Assembly (NCBI GenBank): GCA_024704765.1
Contig: JAKMXF010000340.1
Coordinates: forward strand, 62,001-126,000
DNA length: 64,000 nt
From: Oopsacas minuta
Taxonomy: Eukaryota > Animalia > Porifera
Direction: 5' to 3'
How positions within the stretch are numbered: position 1 is the stretch's first letter; each line of letters starts with the position of its first letter. Below, piece after piece: positions 34,474 to 46,014 of the stretch. A program made the position numbers and the translations under genes. The notes under the pieces were generated by a model that was not told the origin of the DNA, made no database searches, and saw only the letters and a list, made by a program, of their open reading frames with translations.

Positions 34474-35026
34474 ATTTCGTTGCACAATTACCCGATCATT
34501 TATGTTGATTAACAAAAGCGAAATTATCAACACAAATTGAGTACAAACATTGATCTTAAAATGTATGACCTTTGACTTGAAAATATTATTAAATTGTTTG
34601 CAAATTACGTTATGAATAATTTTGTCTCAATAATTGTGTTTACATATGTACCTGACAAATAATCGACCATCTGCGCTTTCTTAGTCTCGGTTGAAGTTGG
34701 GATAATGTATATAAGAACAAAGTAAGGTGAATTTGGAAGATTTCTTGGTTCTTTAACACGGCCCACAATTTTTAGGGGGACGATCACCCAAAATACGTTT
34801 CATAATTCATACACTAACAATTTTAAGTATGTGCCCTCATTATGAATCAGATTTGATAAGCGATAAAATGTCATTAAGTCTAATATAAGAATATTCCATA
34901 TAATATGTTGAAAATAACGCGAAATAATAATTTTCGTACGAGCATAAAATTGATTAAATTGAATCAATTGCAGGTGTATTAATAATTTCAAAATTATAAA
35001 TTGATTATTTCTTCCTTATTTTCAAA

Positions 35027-36169
35027 ATGGATTTCCGCACGTATTTGTCTAAAAAGCTATACCAATATCGCACTTCAGAGCGTTATGACAAATGGCTCCA
35101 CGACCATGTACTATACCTAATAACATCATCCAAATTCGTTGGGCTAATCATGTTCTCGATTCTCTGCAATTCATTCACGATAGCTCTTGAAACGTATCCA
35201 CTCCATCGTGAAGTTCCTGAGGTTTTCAAAGCCCTCAATTGTGTCTTCTTTGCTATATACAGCCTTGAGTTTTTGTTGAAATTCTACGCACAACCCATTT
35301 TATATTGGAAGAACTGGTATAACCTTTTCGACTTCTTTGTGTTGATTGCTGCGTTGGTCCAAATTTCTTTACAGAACTATTTTGTCGTTGGAAGTTCCGA
35401 AAAGTCACTTTTGCAGGTGCTAACCGCTGTAAGGGCTTTACGCGCACTTCGTCTCATATCTTTCATAAAAGGCGTTCAGATTCTGGTTGAAGTATTGCTA
35501 CAAACTTTCAAAAGCACTGTATTATATATGTTACTGTTGCTGGCGTTGATAATGTTTTTAGCTGCAGTTTTCGGGCATATTCTCTTTGGCACAAATAATC
35601 CAGAACGTTGGGGTGACCTATCAAAAGCAATGTTGACACTTTTCATATTTGTGACAGCTGATGGTTGGTATGAAATGACAAGCGAGACAGGTGATCGTAT
35701 GTTTACTGTCGCGTTTATATTTATCGGCCATTTCATCTTCACAAATCTTTTTATCGGAGTCATCGTTATGAATATTCATTCTGCAACCTTACGTTTCCAA
35801 AAGTCACAAAAAGAGCGAAAAGAATGCCTTCTAAAGGCTAAGAAAGAGTATATGATGAAGAAACAACAAGATGAAATGGAGCAATTACAACAAAAACAAA
35901 TGGCTATCCAATTCAAAAACTTTCAAGAACTTGCCACAGCTTTTCACAACACAATCCGTGAAGATGAATTCGTCATGATGAACGAGCATGTGACTACATT
36001 AACTTGGCTTAAAACGATTTTAACTACAATGGAGCATCTCGAAGTTGCGAAAGACAACACACTAAATCTGCATTTCGAACTTGCTGAGTCATTGGCTGAC
36101 TTAAAAGAGAAACAAATGAATGAGGATTTGCCTAATTTTATACCTGCCTCCGAAATATCTTCATGTTGA
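35027..36169 (+). CDS. CATSPER3: CatSper sperm cation channel pore subunit, closest to CATSPER3, intronless
   Basis: Single 6-TM domain; YWKNWYNLFD; S4 VRALRALRLI; pore WGDLSKAMLTLFIFVTADGW (TxDGW); S6 FIFTNLFIGVIVMN; long C-terminal coiled coil laid out as in CatSper3. Confidence 0.85.
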   Translation: MDFRTYLSKKLYQYRTSERYDKWLHDHVLYLITSSKFVGLIMFSILCNSFTIALETYPLHREVPEVFKALNCVFFAIYSLEFLLKFYAQPILYWKNWYNLFDFFVLIAALVQISLQNYFVVGSSEKSLLQVLTAVRALRALRLISFIKGVQILVEVLLQTFKSTVLYMLLLLALIMFLAAVFGHILFGTNNPERWGDLSKAMLTLFIFVTADGWYEMTSETGDRMFTVAFIFIGHFIFTNLFIGVIVMNIHSATLRFQKSQKERKECLLKAKKEYMMKKQQDEMEQLQQKQMAIQFKNFQELATAFHNTIREDEFVMMNEHVTTLTWLKTILTTMEHLEVAKDNTLNLHFELAESLADLKEKQMNEDLPNFIPASEISSC

Positions 36170-37149
36170 TTCATGTTTAATTAAGATCATAAAATTACAT
36201 ATGAAACACTTCTAGCAATACAATTTACCAACTTTTCGGGAGAGAGGTAAATTGAAAAACAGACAAAATATGATGTGATTTCAATGCTGGGCTACTATAC
36301 TATATTCTAGTAATTAATGAATTTAATCTCGATCTAACATAATCCTTATATGGTCAAGTGCCGCGTAAATAGCTCAAAATTAAGTCACCTAAAAAGATAT
36401 CTTTTCCTGTAAGCCCAACCACAAGGGTTGAGATGGCTATTAACCTTGGATGCCATTCGTTGACACGTGTAAGTGGATAATATGGATTCTGCATTTTCAT
36501 TGATTCGTTAAATATACACTATTTGGCTATTAGTTGAGAAGAAGTCATTAGAAGTGGCAAATGTATGATAGAAGTGAATAGGCTGTAAGTTTTCAATAAT
36601 GGGTTTTGTGATGGTTTAATTAGCTTGCTCAATATAGCGATTGAATTAATGTAAGACAATTCGGAATTATGTTAAATAGATAGGTTTGTGTAATGTGAAT
36701 AATTGAAACTTGAATTCTCTGAAAGGTTAAAATTTAAAAGATTTTGTTGGTACTTTCGATCTCTATGTGTATTTATAGGAAATCCTATACTTCTTACTAG
36801 TGTAAATCAAGTGCAAAATAGGGCCACTTCAAACTTTTTCGGTATTAGACAAATATCAGTAGATAAACGACTTCTCGTATACTTTGCAGACTTATAATAG
36901 TTGGGGATGAAAATGCCTCATGCCATAGACTAAATACTTATTCAGTCCTTTAGAATGATATTGTGCATTACTGAGTAGCTATATACCTGTAATAATAGTG
37001 AAACAATGCAGAAGTTTAATATTTCCCAATTAACTTGAAATTTGAGATTGATTAACATTCTTATACTAATTATGATCAGTCTAATGTATATAAATCACTG
37101 AAGTTAAATTTAAATATTTAACAGAGAATTTAGCAACTACACATACAGA

Positions 37150-40100
37150 ATGTCGATTGACAGAATGACCTTTGATAGGATTATACCCAATCGGTTAAGG
37201 AAGAGCAGAAATGAAAAACTACACGATCTCAATAATCCACCAGTTTTCTTGCCTATAAAACAACTTAGCCGAAGAGTGCAGTTACAGAAAAATTTCGACA
37301 ATTTTAACCACTCTTGTAACTATCTGAAAAATGTTATCAGAATCGGAACTCGATCTCAGATCCCTTGTGTTATTATCGCATTGATGGAACACGTTTCAAG
37401 TTTGTTAAAGTTATGCGATACATGGTCTTCTATGATCAACGACCCAGAAAACTTATTATCCCAGTATCGTAGAGATGTTTTAGTCAATCTTACGGAGCTG
37501 GTAAAAATATTGGACTTTTTTGAAGAGACAGGAGAGAACAATAGCCAAGCTACACATATTTTATACAAGGTAGGTTGGAACATTATCACGTTCATATAGT
37601 ATTTCTATTATTTCAGCCACACTAATTCCTGTTAGCAACAAAAATGGCTTTTTATGTTTCACTTCAGCAATAAACATGGTTGTCAATTTACAACCACATA
37701 CATCGCTTATAATATAATCACTCAATTCAGCCATAATTATTGCGTTAATATTTTGGTTTGGTAACCTTGTAGCAGCTAATATGAATCAATTGGCAAGAAA
37801 AGAAACGTGGCTTTACTTTTCATATCAGCAAAATTCATGGCTAGCTTCCTTTGCCGCGCCTATTGCTTGTAAGTTGTATCAACTCGTTAGCAATAATAAT
37901 GGCTTATATTCTCATTTCAGCAATATTGACGGCAATGGGATTCAGCCATGAAAATTGCTTTTTAGTTCATTCAGCCAAAATTATTGCTATTATAATACTC
38001 TCTATAAACTTCTAATACGTATATCAGATATATAATATTTTACCCTTTGGGCTTACCTTATAATATGCTTTTAGGTATTCATGTCGATAGAGAGGTTAAA
38101 GAACACTTTATTCGAATCTTTACCTCCAGAAGATGATAACGATCAAGACAGTTGTAGTTCTGCTGCCAGTACACCAGGTTCACCACCTCTCTCTCCTAAA
38201 CTAGGGACTAATTCTCGAATGTGAGTTAATCAAGTATTCACCAATATACGTAGCTATATTACCATAGTCTTATTGCATTGTATTGTAGTGCAACATTCAC
38301 GAAGGCTAAATCCATTCCAACATCAATTACACACCACATCACCGAGTTAGAACATTCTCCAATGGTCCGAAGACGGTTACAAACACCTGTACAGACACAT
38401 AGCACAAAGAGTATGATAATAACTCACTCTAGGAATCATCTAAGTAACCAGCCAATGTCAGGATCCTTCTCTTCAATTAATATCCGAAGCAGTAGTAGCA
38501 TACCGGTAAGAAAAAATAAACTATATTGTATTTAGCTGTAGCATGAGTTCAAATTTTCGCCAAAGTATTTTAACCAACATGACAGAATCAACGACTTATA
38601 TTGAATATTCATGAGGTATTGGGGGATTGGGTGTTAACTTTTGATGCAATTTTCTATGCACTCCTGGACACCCAATTTTGAGTTTCTTACCCAAATAAAA
38701 TAGAGCCTAAATTTGAAGCCAATTATTTCGAACGAAATCCCACACATTATCTATCATAAATATTTTGTTTAATTATTTATCTTAACACAATAGATTAGGC
38801 TCCTTAATTCCCCCTAGTATAGCCTCCATAGGTATTTATGAATTATGAGAATAAGAATGACGAAATAATTAATCCAAATTATGATATGTAAAAGTGCTGA
38901 TAGCCTGCCATCCAAAGTTCTTAAACTGAAACCATTGCTCATTAGCTCATAATATATTTCTAACAAAGCTTTCATAAATTGGGATTCATTTCTAAAATTT
39001 AAGTCAATTTTTTATTCGAATTCCTTATGGCAAATATCTGATGATAATTTTGTGTTTACAAACAAGTTTCTTAGAATATTGCGAATGGAGGTCATAATCA
39101 AAGAAACCACTTGCAAGTGCCTGCCAACTACAAAACTTTAGTTTTACCATTGCCCAATTCTCTGACTCATTCTTCATCTCTTGGCTCAGAATTAGAGTAT
39201 AATGGAAATACTACTCCTACACCAATGAAGAAGTTGAGTGCTCCTAACTCTCTACAGTATAAGAAAAGGTTCCAGGCAATGAAGTATGATCCTTTTCAGA
39301 ATAGGTGAGTCTAGAATCTAGATATAAAAATAACTAGAAATCATGTAGGTTCCTATATACAATTATTGTAAGCCAACCAACGATAGTACGTACGTATTTG
39401 TATTTTTCCAGTAAACGAAAATTTATCAAATGTTTTTACGATGTTCAGAAATACGAATTTATGACTCCCAAGGAATAATGGAGTTTGTGGGAATACGGTC
39501 TTACCTTATCCCAAATTATTGTAAAAATAATACACAAAGTGACACAACCCGCTCATAGATAAACCCATACACTCCCAATAGGACACACACATATACATAT
39601 GATACAGATCTCGATGCACCAGCCCTACCCGTCAAATCCACACGTAACATTATACCTCAGCTAGTGTACAATCAAGACTCTGTCCGAAGGAATGTATGGG
39701 AAGATAACTGTATCGGTAAAGTAAGGGATAGAGCTAATACAACTGATCATGTAATTGAACAATCTCAAGATTCTCTTGAAGTCAAGCAAATTAATTTATC
39801 ACCTAAGGTAGTGTAATAATGTTTATTGTCTAAATTTCTAAATTTAGGATCCAATGGGAAAACTCTTTTGAATATTCTTAGGAACGCAATCAGTTTTGTA
39901 CATACTGTACATCTCCTATTCATGCAAACGTAGAATTCCCCGAAAGTTCTGTTTTTGCAATTTTCCGAAATATTTTAAAAACTTTAAAATTTGCACGTAT
40001 TTTCTTAGGGGCAGTTCAAGTATTACGCTACAACACAAATAATATTTATAATTTTTATCTATCTACTTAACAGGGCTCAACCACGCCTGATTTACGTCAT

Positions 40101-43100
40101 ATAACGAGAGTAAATGCAGTAGACTCTATGACTGAGAACTCTTCTTTCCCACAACATAGTTATCTTTCATCTGGTACCATTTCATCTCCTGATGCCAGTC
40201 CATTACCCAGACGGCTGACCCAAGACGCTGCGATGCTCAATCGGTGAGTTCCATTGAAAAAATTGTAAGAGTGAGATTGATATGGAAGTCGAAATACGGG
40301 AACATTTGCATGTAGCTGTGTTAATTCTGAAACTTGTTGGTAAATAAATTATATTTTCACACCTTTTTGGACATGCGTAATTGAAATAGATCCGAGAGAT
40401 TAGTTTCCAAATTCCAATTTCGAGTCAGGGGTGATCAGATGCGTATCATACGATTCTGGAATCTTTCAAAGAATTTCTATAAAAATTATATTTTCGATAT
40501 CCGCACATTTTGTGTTTGATATCGACTGACAATTTATATTTCCTTACAGAACTCTAAGTATAACAGAACAAGAATATGAAGAAGCACGAGTACAAGTAGC
40601 AGCACAACTACGCAACACAACAATAGAGAACGGCGCACCTGCTATACCACCTAAGAGAAGACAAGTCATTTCATATTTAACTCTACTCAAACAGCAAACT
40701 CATTCATACGAATTCCCAGTTGATGAATACGAGCCTCTGTATGTAGCACATACTTCACCAGCTGTCCTGCCTCCACCTATGCCTGTGAAGAAAAGAAATT
40801 CGAGAAACCTTGAGGTATTTTTCGCGAACCTTTCATAGCTAAGGAAAATCTTAAAAAACTACATACAAGGTATTAAAACTGGCCAAACACAGCAATCTGC
40901 GCACTTGCTTCGTCTTGACGGGACTTCCCAATATATCTTTAGTATCCAATAGCTGAATTGTTCCCCTTATTAATAGGCCAAGAAGACCTATTCCGTGAAA
41001 ATCGAACTTTCTGTCTCGATTTTTCTTCATCAGGTTGCCATATACGAACGTAGCACATTGTTTATAGTTTCATTGATGCAATTCCTCTCTTTACCATGAC
41101 AATAGGTTTTATCTATTACGTGAGTATTAATAGATATTTCAGTATTTCATCTTATGGATTCGTTGGTGCATATATAGGAACTAAAGCCATTTTGCTCGTT
41201 ATTATAGTTATAGCGGATCACTCGTTAGCTCAGAGTATAAAGCCTATCTTGGAATCCTTAAGCCAATTCGTTTTGATAAAATGATTTCATTAATGATCAA
41301 AGTTATACAAAAAATATGGAACAGAATTTTGAGTGTTCAAAAGAAGCAAATGGACAGTTTTTGTACGAATGGAGAAGTAAGCTAATTGGACTTTAAAATT
41401 TGTCAAATGTCATGAATACTCAACAAATTTAAAATCTCGGAGAATTTTTCCTGGAGGCTCAAGAAACAACCAAATTAGGAGTGTATGCCCCAACGAATAA
41501 ACACAATAATCCTTAGTTAAAACTTTTTCGCGATCATTAATATTTCCACTTTTTCGCGAATAATAGTACATTTTTCAATGAAATCTACTATCAACGGACA
41601 TTTACTGTGTCGACGTTATAATTATTCGCACAGCCTGTACCCTTTGGGACAATTATCTGGTGTGCACTGAGTGATTTGACACACTGTCACTTTTTATATA
41701 CAACCTATTTTCTAGAAAAGCACAGATTCAGAATTCACACAAAACATCCAATACGATCACAGTCAACAATCCTCTCTTGGTAGTGAGATAGAATTCAAAA
41801 CTTCCCCGCTATCAGAGAGTACAGAAAAAAATCCTCTATACATGTACGAAGTTACTCACCTCCTACAGTTTATACAGGAAGATGAGGGTCATAGTTTACG
41901 CGGCGGCCCTCCGGATGCTTTGATAGCCTACGCTACAACTGTTTCTTCATCACAGATCGGGAATATATTCTGTGAAGCGTTTATACATACTTATACTACT
42001 TTTATTAATTTCGAGAATCTTTTGGACAAACTTAGTTTGAGGTGAGTTTTTCGACCGCAAAGCATGTGAATTTCGATTTTTGGCTCGTTTCCGAGGGACA
42101 TATCGCCCAATAAAAGTCTCACAAAGTTTGAAGTTCTTGTCTTAAAATTGTGTAAAAATACGATTTCTCTAATACTTTTGTATACAATCAACACCAGTTA
42201 TATCAAACACGGATATATCGAAACCCGCTTATATCAAAGTCTGGAATTGTACAAATATGGTCACAAACCGTCAAAGTATCATATCTTCCGTCGGTTATAG
42301 CGAAGTAATTATCGCTGTCCCTTTAGTTAGGAATAACGGGAGTTGACTGTATTATACTTACCTTAATTCTCTAGATTCTTCCATATGAAACAGAAAAAAA
42401 ACTTCACCAACTGTAAGAACATAATCATTCTATTAACACGTACAATTCGAGAACTGAGAATATCTATATCAGAAGAGCATAAGATGTTGATACAGCAGAT
42501 AATATACTCACTGATAATTGATGATTTAATCTTAGGAATTTCACTCAAACAAGAACTCGATTCTTACCAAGCTCGGTTACGAAACGAGAACTCGTTCACC
42601 GACGAGCTTCCACCTAGCCCGAGAGATTTCTCACTTCCTCAGTCTCAAATACTTGAATTTAAAGCTAGTATTATGGCTGAACAAATGACTCTTATGGATA
42701 TGAATTTATTCAAAAAGGTCACGAATCAAGAATTATTGGCCTGGGCCAAAGACCAAACCGAAGGTTATAATCTGTCAAAATTCACAGCGCATTTTAATAA
42801 CGTATCGTATTGGTGTCAAACGCGAATTTTAACACAGGAAAATGAGAATCTGCGAAAAGATGTGTTGCGGAAGATTATGAAAGTGATGAAATATTTACGA
42901 CGTATGAATAATTTCAATTCTTATAATGCGGTTTTCTCCTCACTCGAATCCTCATCAATTTCACGTCTTGAATTGCTAGATCATTTCATGAAAGAAATGG
43001 AAGAGCCACGTGCTTTGATGAACCCAACCAAAAGTTTCAAAAGCTTCCGTAAAACATACGCTGAAACGAATCCACCCTGCATTTCACACTTATGCTTATA

Positions 43101-43353
43101 CCTAAATGATCTAACTTTTATAAATTTGGGCACGAAAGAATTCCTTGATGATGAAGAAATAAATTTGAATTTCTCAAAACAATGGACATTATACCAAACC
43201 CTAAAACAGCTGGATAAATGTCGTCACAAAGATTATGAATATAAGGTTGACAAAAGTGTGGTTGATTTTTTTGGTGATTTCAGTGATCATCTTTCAGAGA
43301 AAGAATTATATCAATTATCATGTCAAATTCGTCCAAGAGCTATACATGTATAA
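37150..43353 (+). CDS. RAPGEF1: Rap guanine nucleotide exchange factor 1 (C3G)-like, 9 exons
   Basis: Exons: 37150-37569, 38075-38220, 38289-38505, 39075-39304, 39582-39807, 40074-40243, 40550-40814, 41716-42041, 42375-43353. Crk-SH3-type motifs PALPVK, PAIPPKRR, PMPVKKR; REM domain (LRGGPPDALIAYAT...FCEAFIHTYTTFI); CDC25 domain (MAEQMTLMD, FNNVSYW, MNNFNSY, PPCISHLCLYLNDLTFI). Confidence 0.88.
42183..42351. mobile_element. MITE family A copy in the last RAPGEF1 intron
   Basis: TTATATCAAACACGGATATATCGAAACCCGCTTATATC...TGTACAAATATGGTC...ATAACGGGAGTTGACTGTA. Confidence 0.78.
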
Positions 43354-43865
43354 TCCCGTTACATTGGAAGATGAATTTTAAATGATCTTTCAAAGAAAAA
43401 GCACAAAATATTATTTCTACAACGGTGATTTTATTCTACTTTCTTGAAATGTGTGCTATTACGAAACTAATAGCACTTTACTTTTGATAAAATAATTTTT
43501 AATTATCTTGTTGTAGTTTGGATGTTATATAATTGAGAGTTAATAAAAGTTCTAATATGTTCAATTTCTCATTATTTCTCTTTCAGGTTTTTTAGGCTTA
43601 TAATGTTGGAGTTCTTCCTTTATGGAATTGGTCACTGAACTTTCGTGGTTCCAAATTTCTTACATACTTTATTGATCTCTATAGGGATTTCTAAGAAATC
43701 CAGTGAAATATTTGCAAATGTAATTGCCTTTCCCCACAAATAACAAGCTATATGAAATTGCTATTTATGCCTGTATAACTTGCAAATTCAGGGAAATTTT
43801 GTTAGTAATTGGATGGATTTTGTAACTTTGAATTTTATTGGATTTTCCCTTGGAATGTATTAGAA

Positions 43866-45355
43866 ATGGCAACCCCCATCACTTCAACTTCAAAGCAAGA
43901 ATGTGAGATATCTTTAGGCATATCTATACCTGAAAATGTATGGAATGACAACCCAAAATTCGCGAAATTACTTGTCGAAATTGCCACTAATAAGCTCGGC
44001 AAATTCACAGCACACTCTTCAACATGGTCAAAACATGCACGAGAATTGAACGAATATAACAAGCAGAGATATACACATCTCCAAAACAGAATTGTATTCG
44101 ATACAATAGCATCTATTCTCTATGAAAAATCAACTGATGATACACCTGTTGGAATATTGGCAAGCCACGCGCTGGATATAATTTCAATACATCATGCTTC
44201 TAACCTAGAGCAGCCGCTCATTGCTAAGAAATACTATGAAACTTTTATCAAAGGTATGGATAGACCTGAAGGATTGAAGATGTTGAGAGATTCTATTGGT
44301 GAATATTTAACTTAGGAAACTTAATCACGTCACTGGTATAAACAGAATGTGCCAGTTACGTCAAGAGATTCGCCAAGTATAAGCAGGACGGTACTGGGAG
44401 TATGTTGAAGAGACACGAATCTCATAAAATGTCCAAACAACAGACTTGTAGAAAGTCTGATTGCCCAAACTTAAAATGCCAAAAATGTGTATCAATATTC
44501 ACATTAGAAAATTCTATACTTGGGATGTGCGTCTACACCCCAAAACCCACACTTATACAAATTTCCATCAAATTGAACCACTAGGTTTCCCAGGACACTG
44601 CAGACGGGCGGACGTCGTTCATCATCCATGCCAATAGGGGCATAGGGCATCTATAGGGGCTTAGGAGTTCCCCTAAAAATTTTGATTTCAGGTCACATAA
44701 TTGGTCGTTATTAATTCAGCAACGAATATCTTGTTTGTGTATCAATATTTGTATTTATTGTTTATTTCATTTAGTTCCTATAATCGACGCGAAATTAACA
44801 GAAATCGCATTAAAACTGCTCCAACTACGTGATAGCCCAACAGATCAAGAAAAACCGGATTTATTATTAGCTAAACTAAAACAATTGCCTTCTATTATTG
44901 AGCAGGAAATACAAACGCACGAAGCTTACACAAAATCCAAGCAAATTAACGATATTAATCTACAAAAAAACTTAGAAATTTTACTTAAAAAACAATTCGA
45001 ATATTCAAAAGTATTACAAATATATTTCGAAGAAAATTCAGAGTTTGTTTGGAACAAAGAATCATTAGAAGCGAATTTACTCTTATCAAAATTCCAAACT
45101 ATGTTTGAAAAACTAGAAAGTATAGACCAACAAATTCTAGTGGACACATACACCTCCGAGAACGTGAATGCGTTAGAAATTATTCATCATAAATTGATTG
45201 AGCTAAAACACAGTTTCATGCAGGAAATACACGAAACGAAGGCCCTGCTAGCCTCTTATGGCATGCTAGGACCGGAGTATACATTAGTAGTTGAGGAGTA
45301 CGGTCAGATCGGTAAGCAGATTGAAGCAGCTAAAGATGTATTGAGTACGAAATAA
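43866..45355 (+). CDS. HAUS4: Augmin/HAUS complex subunit 4, 2 exons
   Basis: Exons 43866-44298 and 44775-45355 are in frame. N-terminal NPKFAKLL and C-terminal QILVDTYTSENV...LLASYGMLGPEYTLVVEEY resemble the remembered HAUS4 sequence. Confidence 0.78.
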
Positions 45356-46014
45356 ATGTTTGTAATGGAATTGAATAAAGGTAGATTGTAATTAGATCCA
45401 TGATTTGAGTTAAAGAATTATGAAAAAGATTGTTTAGATAATTATAGTAAGGATAATATATCTATGACTATTAATTGGCCCAAGGGCCGTAGAGTTAATA
45501 CGCTTACCATCCATTTAGAGCGTCTATATGATCCTGGCGCGCATTCTGGGTCCTCTATGGAGCATAAGGCACAGTACAGCGACATCCCTTGATGAACTCA
45601 ATCGATATTTCCCAGGGAATTACAAATACAGTCGTTGTCATGTTACAGGGGTTTTGCACCCAAATGGGCCTTACAGCGCTCCTCACAGACCCCTAGAATT
45701 TACCTCGATATGGTGGGTCCCAAATATACCGATATATCCCCTCCAGGTTTATTCCCACACACATTAATACGCATTCAATATATTAACTTTAATGTGTATT
45801 TTTTTAATCCAGGATTGCATAATTCCATTAATTATGGTGCAATGTAGAATTCAATTAATTTGGCCATGGCATAGTTTCAATTCCGAAATGCCATGCCACA
45901 TACATAGTGGACACTCAATGCCAATCTTGTGCCTACGACGTATTGACGTAATTGTAATAAATATCGATTTATGATCATGAACTTTAAAATTCTCTACAAC
46001 TTAAATTCTCCAAA

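Noticed and set aside
31030-45355. NEK1, CATSPER3 and HAUS4 as a functional flagellar or microtubule gene cluster
   Set aside because: They are interleaved with an unrelated gene (RAPGEF1), and nearly all genes here share the + strand; nothing beyond chance adjacency.
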